Positions 20,102 through 30,387 of a DNA stretch of 64,000 nt are shown one piece after another. Numbering within the stretch: position 1 is the stretch's first letter; every line of letters begins with the position of its first letter. The translations under genes and the position numbers were made by a program. The stretch is from contig CATLPG010000011.1 of the NCBI GenBank assembly GCA_950054195.1, forward strand, positions 16 through 64,015. Reading direction: 5' to 3'. The stretch is from an uncultured Saccharospirillaceae bacterium. Its GTDB lineage: Bacteria > Bacteroidota > Bacteroidia > Flavobacteriales_D > CAJJDF01. The notes beneath the pieces are model-generated. The model was given only the letters and a program-made list of their open reading frames with translations. It did no database searches and was not told the origin of the DNA.

Positions 20102-20935
20102 TTGGATATAAAAGAATACATATCATCTGGAATACTTGAAACTTATGTTTTAGGAGAAGCTACTGAGCAGGAAAGGGCAGAGGTGGAGCAAATGGCAGCT
20201 AAGCATCCTGAAGTAAGTCAAGAAATTGCTAAAATAGAACAGCAAATGGAAGCTTATGCGTTTAGTATTAGTAAACCAATGCCAGTTGATTTGAAAGCAA
20301 AAGTTTTGACTAAAATTAAAGAGACTAAACAAGATAAATCTTCATTGAAAGTGGTAAAAAATAGTAGTTCAAAAAAAGCATCGAAAAAATCAGGAGGATT
20401 AGTCTACAAGCTTAGTTTGGCTGCCTCAGTTCTTATATTATTAGGTGTTGGGTTTCTTTTTTACATGGAAATGGAAAAAGTGAAAGAGTTAAACAATGAA
20501 TTAGCTGAAACTAAGAAAACTTATAAAAAGGAAGCTGAAGCTAATGCAACTAAGTTTAAAGAAGTTGAAGCTGAATTGGCAATTTTAACAGATAAGCAAA
20601 GATTAATCATGGGAGAATCTACCATCAAAACCTTGTTGGTGCCTACTGATTTTCGTCCAGAAGCTAAGGCTGAGATATACTGGGAGCCTAAAGAAAATAA
20701 AGCTTTATTGGTCAGAAAGGATTTGCCAGGACTAAAAGAAGATCAAGATTATCAGTTATGGGCAATTGTGGATGGAAAACCACTTGATTTAGGAACGTTT
20801 GATATGTCAAGTGATCAATCAGAAATCGTTCGCGTTGAAATGACTAAAGTAGACGCATTTGGTATTACTGTTGAACCTAAAGGTGGAAGTCCAGAACCTA
20901 GCCTAGAGCAACTGGTTGTTATAGGGAATGTTTAA
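20102..20935 (+). CDS. Anti-sigma factor, RskA family
   Basis: YISSGILETYVLG N-terminus, single TM, coiled coil, DYQLWAI...GITVEPKGGSPEP. Confidence 0.92.
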   Translation: MDIKEYISSGILETYVLGEATEQERAEVEQMAAKHPEVSQEIAKIEQQMEAYAFSISKPMPVDLKAKVLTKIKETKQDKSSLKVVKNSSSKKASKKSGGLVYKLSLAASVLILLGVGFLFYMEMEKVKELNNELAETKKTYKKEAEANATKFKEVEAELAILTDKQRLIMGESTIKTLLVPTDFRPEAKAEIYWEPKENKALLVRKDLPGLKEDQDYQLWAIVDGKPLDLGTFDMSSDQSEIVRVEMTKVDAFGITVEPKGGSPEPSLEQLVVIGNV

Positions 20936-20954
20936 TAATCATTTTAGTTAGGTA

Positions 20955-20977
20955 TTAACGCTTTTTTATAGCGTTAA
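20955..20977 (+). terminator. Possible weak intrinsic terminator after anti-sigma gene
   Basis: 8-bp stem TTAACGCT/AGCGTTAA followed by a T-rich tract. Confidence 0.35.
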
Positions 20978-21042
20978 ATTTATTCTTTTGATATTGCTTT
21001 TAGATCATTCTGTTCTTAATTGCAAATCCATCCTGTTTTCAA

Positions 21043-21050
21043 TACCTTTG
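21043..21050 (+). promoter_or_regulatory. -7 promoter element TACCTTTG for rocD
   Basis: Matches TAnnTTTG, 30 nt upstream of ATG; ATTG 20 nt further upstream. Confidence 0.6.
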
Positions 21051-21079
21051 TAGTAATTATAATCATTTAATATTTATAT

Positions 21080-22348
21080 ATGACTACAGATACACTTACT
21101 TCAGAAAGTTTAATACAAATAGAAGATCAATACGGGGCTCACAATTACCATCCATTGCCTGTTGTATTATCCAAAGGAGAGGGAGTGTATGTATGGGATG
21201 TAGAAGGAAAAAAATATTTTGATTTTTTATCAGCCTATTCAGCAGTTAATCAAGGTCATTGCCATCCAAGAATTATTGGAGCTCTAGAAAAGCAAGCTAG
21301 GAGGTTAACATTAACCTCACGAGCATTTTATAACGACAAACTTGGAGAGTTTGAAAAGTTTGCTTCAGAGTTATTTGGTTTTGATAAACTTCTTCCTATG
21401 AATACAGGAGCTGAAGCTGTTGAAACTGCTCTTAAAATTGCTCGTAGATGGGGATACGAAAAGAAAGGTATAGCTGAAAATGAAGCACAGATTATTGTTT
21501 GTAAGAATAACTTCCATGGAAGAACTACAACTATTATTTCTTTTTCTAATGATCCTGTTGCAAGAAAAAATTTCGGGCCTTATACCAATGGCTTTATAAA
21601 AATTGAATACGATAATATCGCTGATTTAGAAGATGCCATTGCTAATAATAAGAATGTAGTAGCCTTTATGGCCGAGCCAATTCAAGGTGAGGCAGGAGTT
21701 TATGTTCCTCAAGAAGGATATTTAGCTAAAGCAAAACAAATTTGCGAGGAAAACAACGTTCTTTTCATCGCAGATGAAGTACAAACAGGTATTGCCAGAA
21801 CGGGTAAGTTATTAGCTACTTGTGGAAACTGTTCTTGTAATGTTAGCTGTGAAAAGAAGCCAGAAGTTAAACCTGATATTTTAATATTGGGTAAAGCAAT
21901 AAGTGGAGGAGTGTATCCAGTATCAGGAGTTTTAGCTAATAATGATATTATGAATGTAATTACTCCTGGATCTCATGGTTCTACTTTTGGAGGTAATCCA
22001 CTGGCTGCAGTTGTAGCTATTGAGGCTTTAAAAGTTATTCAAGATGAGAAATTAGCAGAGAATGCAGCTCGTTTAGGAGAAATATTTAGAAGTGAACTTA
22101 ATGCATTTATTGAAACCTGCGATTTAGTCAAATTAGTAAGAGGTAAAGGACTACTTAATGCTATTGTAATTAATGACAGCGAAGAAAGTGATACAGCTTG
22201 GAATATCTGTTTAAAACTAAGAGATAACGGTTTATTAGCTAAACCAACTCATGGAAACATTATTCGTTTTGCTCCACCTCTTGTAATGACAGAGGATGAG
22301 TTAATGGAATGTATAGCTATTATTAAAAACACGCTTTCTTCTTTCTAA
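21080..22348 (+). CDS. rocD: Ornithine aminotransferase
   Basis: [45 protein letters not shown] (PLP Lys), HGSTFGGNP. Confidence 0.96.
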   Translation: MTTDTLTSESLIQIEDQYGAHNYHPLPVVLSKGEGVYVWDVEGKKYFDFLSAYSAVNQGHCHPRIIGALEKQARRLTLTSRAFYNDKLGEFEKFASELFGFDKLLPMNTGAEAVETALKIARRWGYEKKGIAENEAQIIVCKNNFHGRTTTIISFSNDPVARKNFGPYTNGFIKIEYDNIADLEDAIANNKNVVAFMAEPIQGEAGVYVPQEGYLAKAKQICEENNVLFIADEVQTGIARTGKLLATCGNCSCNVSCEKKPEVKPDILILGKAISGGVYPVSGVLANNDIMNVITPGSHGSTFGGNPLAAVVAIEALKVIQDEKLAENAARLGEIFRSELNAFIETCDLVKLVRGKGLLNAIVINDSEESDTAWNICLKLRDNGLLAKPTHGNIIRFAPPLVMTEDELMECIAIIKNTLSSF

Positions 22349-22352
22349 ATCA

Positions 22353-23624
22353 TTGAAAGAAGACTTTCTACATTATTGTTGGAAATTTAAAAAATTCTCT
22401 TCACTAGTTTTTGAATTGACTACTGGAGAGAATTTACATATTATTAGTTTTGGTATTCATAATCATGATCAAGGCCCAGATTTTTTAAATGCAGAAATTG
22501 AAATAGAAGGCATTAAATGGATTGGTAATATTGAAATCCATGTGAATTCTTCGGATTGGAACAATCATAATCATCATCACGACTCGAAGTATAATAATGT
22601 CATTTTACACGTTGTGTTTAATCATAATAAAGACATCATCAATTCAAATGGAAGTCAAATCCCAACTTTAGAGCTTAAAAACTATATAGATAGTTCACTC
22701 ATTGATTCTTATAATGAGTTTATTAAACCTAGCTTACCTTGTGCTTCATTTTTACCAGAGATAGATCATTTAACTTTGCTTCAGTTTAAAGATAGATTTT
22801 TTGTAGAGCGTTTAGATTATAAGTCAAAGCTAGTTAACGAACTTTTAATAGAGAATAATGGTGACTGGCTAGAAACTTTTTTTCAGTTGTTAGCCAAGTC
22901 TTTTGGAATTAAAGTAAATCAACAAGCTTTTTTAGAGTTATCACAAACTGTATCCATAAAAATAGTGCAAAGATTAGGAGATGAATTCAAAACTGAAGCT
23001 GTTTTATTGGGTAATTCAGGATTGCTAAATGTTTCTTCTGATGATAGCTATATTAAAGATTTACAAAAAGAATATAATTATCAAAAGGGGAAATTTTCGT
23101 TTTACTGTATGCCCTATGATACATGGAAATTTTCTAAAATGCGACCATCTAACTTTCCTACAATAAGAATTGTTCAATTAGCAAAACTAATTACTTCTTC
23201 TCAAAATTTACTTGATGACTTGGTGATATCAAAGCCCAGCTATGAAAAGATATTTTCTAGATTAAATATAGTTATTGAAGAAGGGTATTGGTTAGATCAT
23301 TATACAATAGATAATATAAGTAAGCCAGCCCCTAAAAGTATAGGTAAACAGATGGTAAATTCAATAATTATCAATACAATCGTGCCCTTTGCATATTGGT
23401 ACGGCAAGCTAAATAAAGTTGAGTATTTAAATTGGATAGACTCAGTAATGGAAGAGATTAGCTATGAAAATAATAAGGTTACTCGTTTGTTTTCACAGAT
23501 ACAGTTAGAACATGCTAAAGATTCACAAGCAGTAATACATTGTTACAATACGATGTGCATAAACAAAAAATGTTTGGATTGTGTTATAGGATCAAACATA
23601 TTAAGAAAAAAGCAAGATCAATAA
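22353..23624 (+). CDS. DUF2851 family protein
   Basis: MKEDFLHY start, GPDF, GNIEIH..SSDW..H.H..D, VILHVV, RPSNFPTIR, C-terminal CxxxxCxxCxIG. Confidence 0.9.
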   Translation: MKEDFLHYCWKFKKFSSLVFELTTGENLHIISFGIHNHDQGPDFLNAEIEIEGIKWIGNIEIHVNSSDWNNHNHHHDSKYNNVILHVVFNHNKDIINSNGSQIPTLELKNYIDSSLIDSYNEFIKPSLPCASFLPEIDHLTLLQFKDRFFVERLDYKSKLVNELLIENNGDWLETFFQLLAKSFGIKVNQQAFLELSQTVSIKIVQRLGDEFKTEAVLLGNSGLLNVSSDDSYIKDLQKEYNYQKGKFSFYCMPYDTWKFSKMRPSNFPTIRIVQLAKLITSSQNLLDDLVISKPSYEKIFSRLNIVIEEGYWLDHYTIDNISKPAPKSIGKQMVNSIIINTIVPFAYWYGKLNKVEYLNWIDSVMEEISYENNKVTRLFSQIQLEHAKDSQAVIHCYNTMCINKKCLDCVIGSNILRKKQDQ

Positions 23625-23967
23625 GCCGGGTTCTGTATACGCTAAGCGTACTCTATCATTTATCTAGGTTAGCAATCGCTCACTAACTCAATCAACCTAC
23701 CCGCTAAAATAAGGCGAGCAGCCCTCAATTTTTAGCCTATTTGGTCTTTCAACTCATAAGGTTTACCCATTAATTATGTTACCATAATTAATTGTGAGCT
23801 CTTACCTCACATTTTCACCCTTACCACGCCAAAGGAGTGGCGGTAATTTTCTGTGGCACTTTCTGTCGTTTATATGAAACGCCTTCCCGTTAGGAAGTAT
23901 GATGCTCTGTGTTGCCCGGACTTTCCTCTTGCTAGAAAAACTAACAAGCGATAGAGTAATCTTGCTT
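23610..23967 (-). ncRNA. rnpB: RNase P RNA (class A)
   Basis: Minus strand has GAGGAAAGTCCGGGCAAC near the 5' end and ACAGAACCCGGCTTAT near the 3' end; P1 helix AAGCAAGATT/GATCTTGCTT closes the ends. Confidence 0.96.
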
Positions 23968-23999
23968 AATTAAATATATGTGTAAAATTCTTCTGGGAA

Positions 24000-25301
24000 T
24001 TATAAACGGATAGTTACATCTCCAACATAAGGATCTACACCTGGAATCCCTAAATCAATTACGTAAAAATAAGTTCCTGAAGGTAAGTAGTCGCTACCTA
24101 ATACAACGTTAGCTCCTTTGTTAATATTTGCTTTACCAACAAAAACATTATTTACGTTATCATATCCTTCCATTTCGTATACGATATTACCGTAACGATT
24201 GAATATTTGTACTTTGTTTTCAGGGAAGTAATCTATATTCTCGATATCCCAAAAATCGTTAAGACCATTCATATCCTCTGGTGTTAAGAATTGAGGAATT
24301 TGAACCATATCTTTCACATCAGATAAAATAAAACCATCATGAACAAAATCATCAACACTTTCTTTAGAAACTTTCATGTCTACATTAGAAAATGAGGCTG
24401 GTAAGGGATCTGTGTTATTTACAATAGCAAACAATGCATCCTCCCAAGAAGGAGTTCCATTTTGCCATGAAGTAGAAGAATCTTGCCACTGAGCCATAGT
24501 TTCAAAGTCTCCGTCATTGCTTTCATAGTACATGCTAATATCAACTGGAGTTGCACCAGATAGTCTATAAATGTTGTGATAATAATTATCATTTAAATTA
24601 TCTAAAACATCAGATTTAGCTGATCTATCATAAGCTCCGTTGTATCCTGACATAGAAATACCGAAATCATTAGATGCATCAATACCAGCTAAACGAACCG
24701 CATATTCATTTACATTAGCATCGTTGGGTCTAAGAGAAACTGGACGGTAATTTCCTGCACCAGTTATGTTTTGCGATCCTACAGGATACCAGTATAAAGA
24801 ATCATAGGAAGTAACTCTTGAGAAATAACCTCCTTGAAAATCACTAGAAATGTAACCATCAGCAAAAGTTAATGAACTAGGCAGAGGATTTCTTAAACGC
24901 ATGTTGTTACCCCAAGTTTCTAGTTGATCATTTCTTAGATCCAATAGATTAGTAACTTCTGAATTAACTTGAAGTTCTTTACGGCCGTAGTTCCCATCTA
25001 AAATTAGCGTATAAAATTCAGTAAGGTCGAGTCCTCCAATAACCTGACTAGGACCGTTGAGAATAACATCTCCAGGTCTGCCATTGATTAAAGCAGTGTT
25101 TCCTCCGTTGTTAGTCCAATCGCCACCAACGTATATTTGTCCAGAGTTTTCAATTGTTCCTCCAGTCTCATTTGTAAGGTATGCTTCAGAATAAACTATT
25201 GCCCCTGCATCAACAACAACAGCTGCTCCATCAATAGTTATTTGTGCTTGAGTACCTATTGCTAAGGCTACACCAATGCTTGTTAAAATAAAACGTTTCA
25301 T
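24000..25301 (-). CDS. Secreted T9SS type B cargo (adhesin-like) with gliding-motility CTD
   Basis: Signal peptide MKRFILTSIGVALAIGTQAQ from 25301; CTD IPQFLTP...NGLND...IFNRYGN...LPSGTYFYVI. Confidence 0.85.
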   Translation of the reverse strand: MKRFILTSIGVALAIGTQAQITIDGAAVVVDAGAIVYSEAYLTNETGGTIENSGQIYVGGDWTNNGGNTALINGRPGDVILNGPSQVIGGLDLTEFYTLILDGNYGRKELQVNSEVTNLLDLRNDQLETWGNNMRLRNPLPSSLTFADGYISSDFQGGYFSRVTSYDSLYWYPVGSQNITGAGNYRPVSLRPNDANVNEYAVRLAGIDASNDFGISMSGYNGAYDRSAKSDVLDNLNDNYYHNIYRLSGATPVDISMYYESNDGDFETMAQWQDSSTSWQNGTPSWEDALFAIVNNTDPLPASFSNVDMKVSKESVDDFVHDGFILSDVKDMVQIPQFLTPEDMNGLNDFWDIENIDYFPENKVQIFNRYGNIVYEMEGYDNVNNVFVGKANINKGANVVLGSDYLPSGTYFYVIDLGIPGVDPYVGDVTIRL

Positions 25302-25433
25302 AATACGGTCAGTATAATTTAGATACAAGATACAAACTTTTCGCCTCTTGTTCAAACAATTATACGTGTTATTGCGTAAAAAAGTTCTCAAAAAATTGAT
25401 GTTAAAAAATATGCAGACCATTATATTTACACC

Positions 25434-26234
25434 ATGAAACGAATTACAGAAACAGAATCCCTGCATATAAATCTTGAAAACAAGTCTGTTAACGAGTTGT
25501 TGTTAGGTATAAATCAAGAAGACAAGAAGGTTGCGTTAGCAGTAGAAAAAGAAATAACGTCTATTGAAAACCTAGTTAATCAAATTGTTAAAAAGATGAA
25601 AGCTGGCGGAAGATTATTTTATCTTGGAGCTGGAACAAGTGGTCGGTTAGGTGTGGTTGATGCATCTGAGTGTCCTCCTACTTTTGGTGTTGAACATGGT
25701 TTAGTTGTTGGGATTATGGCTGGAGGAGATCAAGCAATTAGAAAAGCTGTTGAATTTGCAGAAGATGATATCAATCAAGGGTGGAAAGATCTTCAGGGGT
25801 ATAACATCACAAAAAATGATGTTGTTATTGGAATTGCAGCATCAGGAACTACTCCGTATGTTATTGGTGCATTAGAGAAATGCAACATTGAGGGAATAAT
25901 CACAGGAGGAATTACCTGTAATCCAGGTAGTCCATTAAGTCAAGTTGCTAGCTATCCTATTGTTCCAATCGTAGGACCAGAATTTGTTACAGGAAGCACT
26001 AGAATGAAGTCTGGGACTGCTCAAAAATTAGTGCTTAATATGATCTCTACAACTGTAATGATTAAACTTGGGAAAGTGAAGGGTAATCGTATGGTGGATA
26101 TGCAGTTAAGTAATGATAAGTTAGTGGATAGAGGAACTAAAATGGTTCAAGACCAAACAGGACTTTCTTATGAAAAATCAAAAGAGTTGCTATTGAAGTT
26201 TGGTAGTGTTAGAAAGGCTGTTGAGAGTTTGTAA
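25434..26234 (+). CDS. murQ: N-acetylmuramic acid 6-phosphate etherase
   Basis: GAGTSGRLGVVDASECPPTFG, GIAASGTTPYV, GPEFVTGSTRMKSGTAQK. Confidence 0.97.
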   Translation: MKRITETESLHINLENKSVNELLLGINQEDKKVALAVEKEITSIENLVNQIVKKMKAGGRLFYLGAGTSGRLGVVDASECPPTFGVEHGLVVGIMAGGDQAIRKAVEFAEDDINQGWKDLQGYNITKNDVVIGIAASGTTPYVIGALEKCNIEGIITGGITCNPGSPLSQVASYPIVPIVGPEFVTGSTRMKSGTAQKLVLNMISTTVMIKLGKVKGNRMVDMQLSNDKLVDRGTKMVQDQTGLSYEKSKELLLKFGSVRKAVESL

Positions 26235-26340
26235 ATTATAATACAGTTTTTATTGTTTTCTATGTATTTAAAGTTAAAAGCACTTACTCTTTTTAAAGCG
26301 TTCTCCAATTAATAGCGTATGTTTTTATGACCTAAGCGAA

Positions 26341-26988
26341 TTAATCACTAATTTTTCGTGCTATCATTAGTCCGTCTCTAATAGGGAACAGTATGTTTTC
26401 TACTCTAGGGTCATTTTGGACCTTTTCATTAAATGCTACTAATGCTTTAGTATCAGGATCAGTGTTAGCTTCCTCTGTTGTTACTTTTCCGCTCCACAAT
26501 ACATTGTCAGCTATAAAGTATCCTCCTTTTGATAGCTTATTAAATGTCAAATCAAAATAGTTGCTATAGTTTGTTTTATCAGCATCAATAAAAATTAAAT
26601 CAAATGTTTCGTTTAGTGAGGGAATAATTTGAGTTGCATCGCCTACTACCATCTCAATTTGACTATCATAACCAGCTTTTTTGAAATAGGATTTGGCCAT
26701 AGTTTCTAACTCTTCATTTTTATCGATTGTAATGAGTTTTCCATCTTTTTGCAATCCTTCGGCCATACAAATTGCAGAGTAGCCTGTATAAGTGCCAATT
26801 TCTAAAATATTTTTTGGCTTTATCATGTTGGAAAACATATTTAATGCTTTTCCTTGTAGGTGTCCGCTAAGCATCCTTGGGATAAGCACTTTTAAATGAG
26901 TTTCGCGATTTAATTCCTTTAAAACATCAGATTCTTCTGATGTGTGATTTTCGCTGTATTTTTCTATTTCTTTTGGTAAAAATTCCAT
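26341..26988 (-). CDS. O-methyltransferase (caffeoyl-CoA/Methyltransf_3 family)
   Basis: LEIGTYTGYS, FIDADK, ADNVLWSG, PIRDG. Confidence 0.92.
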   Translation of the reverse strand: MEFLPKEIEKYSENHTSEESDVLKELNRETHLKVLIPRMLSGHLQGKALNMFSNMIKPKNILEIGTYTGYSAICMAEGLQKDGKLITIDKNEELETMAKSYFKKAGYDSQIEMVVGDATQIIPSLNETFDLIFIDADKTNYSNYFDLTFNKLSKGGYFIADNVLWSGKVTTEEANTDPDTKALVAFNEKVQNDPRVENILFPIRDGLMIARKISD

Positions 26989-26998
26989 CTTAAATTAG

Positions 26999-27454
26999 TT
27001 ATTTGATAAATCTTTTCATACTCATAATATACCCTAAATGTAAACCTTCATGAAAATCATTGAAAGAAATGGCATCGTGGATTGTATTTAAGGCGACACC
27101 GAGCGTATTAGTATATGATTGGTAGGAAGTGAAAATTCCTGATTGTAAATCTTTTTCGAATTGAGTGATTGTTTCTTTAGCTAAAAGTTCAATTTCTTTT
27201 TTATCTGCTTCCGTGTAGGTTTTAGAAGGAACTGTCCCTTTTTTATATTCTTCTATAAAATTAACAGGTATAGTCATTTCTAAGCCAGAAAGTTTATAGC
27301 ATAATAACTGTTGTGTCACAACTATATGTCCGTAATTCCAAAGTAAATTATTTTTAAACCCGGTCGGGATGTAATTAAGTTGCGCTAACGAATATTGGTT
27401 TATTATTAACGAGAAGTTTTCGCGTGTTTTTTTTAGGATATCTATATCAATCAT
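26999..27454 (-). CDS. DinB-family protein
   Basis: NNLLWNYGH and FHEGLHLG His triad. Confidence 0.88.
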   Translation of the reverse strand: MIDIDILKKTRENFSLIINQYSLAQLNYIPTGFKNNLLWNYGHIVVTQQLLCYKLSGLEMTIPVNFIEEYKKGTVPSKTYTEADKKEIELLAKETITQFEKDLQSGIFTSYQSYTNTLGVALNTIHDAISFNDFHEGLHLGYIMSMKRFIK

Positions 27455-27460
27455 AAGTAT

Positions 27461-27937
27461 TTAGTTGACATCAGCTAAAATCACAGAAATAAATAAGCTG
27501 AAATAAGTTATTTGAGACCAGACCTTATCTTTTTTAAGACTAAAATAGTTGCGGTTAAAAGAATAAAGTAGGATGGAAATCAAAAAAAAGCTGAAAGGTA
27601 TAATAATGTCTAAAATATCATAAGTACCATCAGTGATGGCTAAGTATTGTAATATTTCTAGAATAACAATAAAGCTTAAAGGGGCTAAAAAAAATAGCAA
27701 ACGCAACTTTTGAATATTAAAAGAGATTAATGTGAGGCTAAACACCCATAATCCAGCAGGCAAATTATAAATAATAATATCATTTTTGATCCAATGAAAC
27801 GATTGATGAATATGTAGAAATTCTTTTGCTAATGTTCCAGATGGTCTAAAAAATAAAGCAATCAAACAACAAAATAGGAAGGGAGCAAAAATGCCGAAAT
27901 AATATTTAAAAGGACTGTATGTTAAAGCCCTTGTCAT
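27461..27937 (-). CDS. Hypothetical integral membrane protein
   Basis: Several TM helices; YNLPAGLW, EILQ, GTYDILD motifs; overlaps the yggS stop. Confidence 0.65.
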   Translation of the reverse strand: MTRALTYSPFKYYFGIFAPFLFCCLIALFFRPSGTLAKEFLHIHQSFHWIKNDIIIYNLPAGLWVFSLTLISFNIQKLRLLFFLAPLSFIVILEILQYLAITDGTYDILDIIIPFSFFLISILLYSFNRNYFSLKKDKVWSQITYFSLFISVILADVN

Positions 27938-28590
27938 TTACGAGAACCAAATATTTTACTGCCAACTCTAATCATTGTACTTCCTTCTTTGATAGCTATA
28001 TCATAATCGCCACTCATTCCCATAGATAACGTATCTATATGAGGCCATTTATTCTTTTTTAGTAAATCGAACACTTGTTTTAAGTTACGAAATTCTTCTT
28101 GGACTTGATTTGTATTATTAGTGAAAGTAGCCATGCCCATAATACCTTTTATATGGACGTGCTTAAGATTTAATTCATTTATTTTTTCTGCTAGTTCAAT
28201 GGCATCATTAGGTAAAAAACCATATTTGCTTTCTTCTTCCGCAATATGAAATTGGATTAAGCAATCAATAACTCTATTGTTTTTCTCAGCTTCTTTATTA
28301 ATAACCTTTAGAAGTTTTATTGAGTCAACAGAATGTATTAATGAAATAAAAGGAGCAATGTATTTCGTTTTTTTTGATTGTAGATGACCAATCATGTGCC
28401 ACTCAATATCTTTAGGTAATGCTTCGTGCTTGTCTACTACCTCTTGAACCCTGTTTTCCCCAAAGGTGCGAACACCAGCGTTGTATGCTTCTAACAACTG
28501 TTCAGTGGGCTTTGTTTTTGATACAGCTACTAAAGTAACATCATTTGGAATGCTAGATTTTATCTGTTGATATGCCTTTTCAATGTCCAA
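27934..28590 (-). CDS. yggS: YggS/PROSC PLP-homeostasis protein
   Basis: LVAVSKTKP, FGENRVQE, WHMIGHLQ, LSMGMSGD, GSTMIRVGS. Confidence 0.96.
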   Translation of the reverse strand: MDIEKAYQQIKSSIPNDVTLVAVSKTKPTEQLLEAYNAGVRTFGENRVQEVVDKHEALPKDIEWHMIGHLQSKKTKYIAPFISLIHSVDSIKLLKVINKEAEKNNRVIDCLIQFHIAEEESKYGFLPNDAIELAEKINELNLKHVHIKGIMGMATFTNNTNQVQEEFRNLKQVFDLLKKNKWPHIDTLSMGMSGDYDIAIKEGSTMIRVGSKIFGSRK

Positions 28591-28596
28591 GCTAAG

Positions 28597-30384
28597 TTAA
28601 TTTTTATCAAATTGAATGTTATAGAGTTGGTGATAGTACCCCTCTTTTTTTAATAACTCGTCATGAGAACCTTGCTCAATAATTTCTCCTTTATCTAAAA
28701 CAATGATTTTATCAGCGTTTTTTATTGTTGATAAACGATGTGCAATAACAATAGAAGTCCTTCCTTTTGTTAATTTGTTGATAGCATTTTGAATGAGTTC
28801 TTCCGTTTCAGTGTCAATGGATGATGTGGCCTCATCTAGTATTAAAATCTTTGGGTTAAAAACATAAGCTCGTAAAAAAGATAATAATTGCCTTTGACCA
28901 GTACTTAGCACACTTCCTCTTTCTTTAACATCAAAATCATAATCACCAGGAAGTTTGGATATGAAATCGTGTACGCCTACAATTTTAGCAGCCTCAATAA
29001 CATCATCTTTTGTAATATCCTTGTTGTATAACGTAATATTGTTATAAATACTGTCAGAAAAGAGAAAAACATCTTGTAAAACAACTGAAATAGAGTTTCT
29101 AATAGAATCAATAGAGTAGGAGCGGATATCTTTCCCATCTACTAAAACTTCTCCTTTTTGAAACTCATAAAACCGCCCTAGAATATTAATGATAGTAGAT
29201 TTACCAGCACCAGTAGCACCTACAAAAGCAATAGTTTCTCCTTCTTTTATGTCAAAAGAAACATCTTTTAATACATACTCAGGTTCGTTGTAAGCAAAAC
29301 TTACATGTTTAAAAGATAATTCCCCTTTGAAATCTTTAACAAGCGTTGCTTCTCCATCATCGTGTATTGTTTGCTCGTCATCAAGCACACCAAATATATT
29401 TTTTGAACGAACAATTCCTCTTTGTAGTACGTTGAACTTATCTGCTAACATACGTATAGGACGATAAAGCATTTGAACCCATAAAATAAATGTAAACAAT
29501 TGACCTCCACTTACTTCGTCAACAGGGTTGTCAATTAGTTGATAAGTAGCATAAAAAATAATAAATGCGATTGATATACTGCTTAATATCTCTACGATAG
29601 GAAAAAAGATAGAGTATGCCCAAACTGTTCTAATATGAGCATTTCTATGTTCTCGATTTATCTCAGTAAACTTTTTGTATTCGATAGATTCTCTGGTAAA
29701 AAGTTGTACCAAATTCATACCAATAATTCGCTCTTGAACGAAAGTGTTAAGTCTTGAAACCTGTTTACTTTCCGTTTGATAAGCCTTTTTTATAGCATTT
29801 TTAAAAACCTTTGTTGCGTATAACAGCAAAGGTATTGGTATGAGTACGAGTAGTGAAAATTTCCAGTTTAATACAAACATGAAAACTATCACAACCACTA
29901 GCATGAGTATGTCTCCAATGATATTGATAATACCATCTGAAAATATTTGGGCAAAAGCTTCTGTGTCTGAAACCAATCGCGTAACAACTCTTCCTATTGG
30001 ATTTTTGTCGAAATATTGTGTTTTGAAACTTTGGAGTTTACTAAAAAGCTTTCTACGTATATCTTGAATGATAACCTGTCCTAAGAAGTTAGAATAATAA
30101 ACAACAACGAACCTTAAAGCAGCTTCAAAAATTAAAGTAACGAGTGCTACAATTGTCCAATACAAAAAGCCATTTTCTGAAGTGAAATAGGTGTTGTCTA
30201 TAGAGTTTAGTAGATGATTACTATCAACAAACGTTGAACTCATGATGTACTTATCTACCATAAAACCTATAATCAAAGGTCGTACGGTTGGGATCAAAGC
30301 TAAAACGATTGTACTTATTAAAGTAAATACAAAAATACCTTTATGAGGCCCAATAAATGATAATATCCGTTTAAAATCTTTCAA
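28597..30384 (-). CDS. ABC exporter, fused permease/ATPase (MsbA/Sav1866-like)
   Basis: N-terminal TM domain; Walker A GATGAGKS, signature LSTGQRQ, Walker B ILILDEATS, IAHRLST. Confidence 0.93.
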   Translation of the reverse strand: MKDFKRILSFIGPHKGIFVFTLISTIVLALIPTVRPLIIGFMVDKYIMSSTFVDSNHLLNSIDNTYFTSENGFLYWTIVALVTLIFEAALRFVVVYYSNFLGQVIIQDIRRKLFSKLQSFKTQYFDKNPIGRVVTRLVSDTEAFAQIFSDGIINIIGDILMLVVVIVFMFVLNWKFSLLVLIPIPLLLYATKVFKNAIKKAYQTESKQVSRLNTFVQERIIGMNLVQLFTRESIEYKKFTEINREHRNAHIRTVWAYSIFFPIVEILSSISIAFIIFYATYQLIDNPVDEVSGGQLFTFILWVQMLYRPIRMLADKFNVLQRGIVRSKNIFGVLDDEQTIHDDGEATLVKDFKGELSFKHVSFAYNEPEYVLKDVSFDIKEGETIAFVGATGAGKSTIINILGRFYEFQKGEVLVDGKDIRSYSIDSIRNSISVVLQDVFLFSDSIYNNITLYNKDITKDDVIEAAKIVGVHDFISKLPGDYDFDVKERGSVLSTGQRQLLSFLRAYVFNPKILILDEATSSIDTETEELIQNAINKLTKGRTSIVIAHRLSTIKNADKIIVLDKGEIIEQGSHDELLKKEGYYHQLYNIQFDKN

Positions 30385-30387
30385 TGG

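Noticed and set aside
25302-25466. 55-codon N-terminal extension of the 24000..25466 ORF
   Set aside because: Overlaps the divergent murQ start and intergenic region; a clean signal peptide begins at Met 25301.
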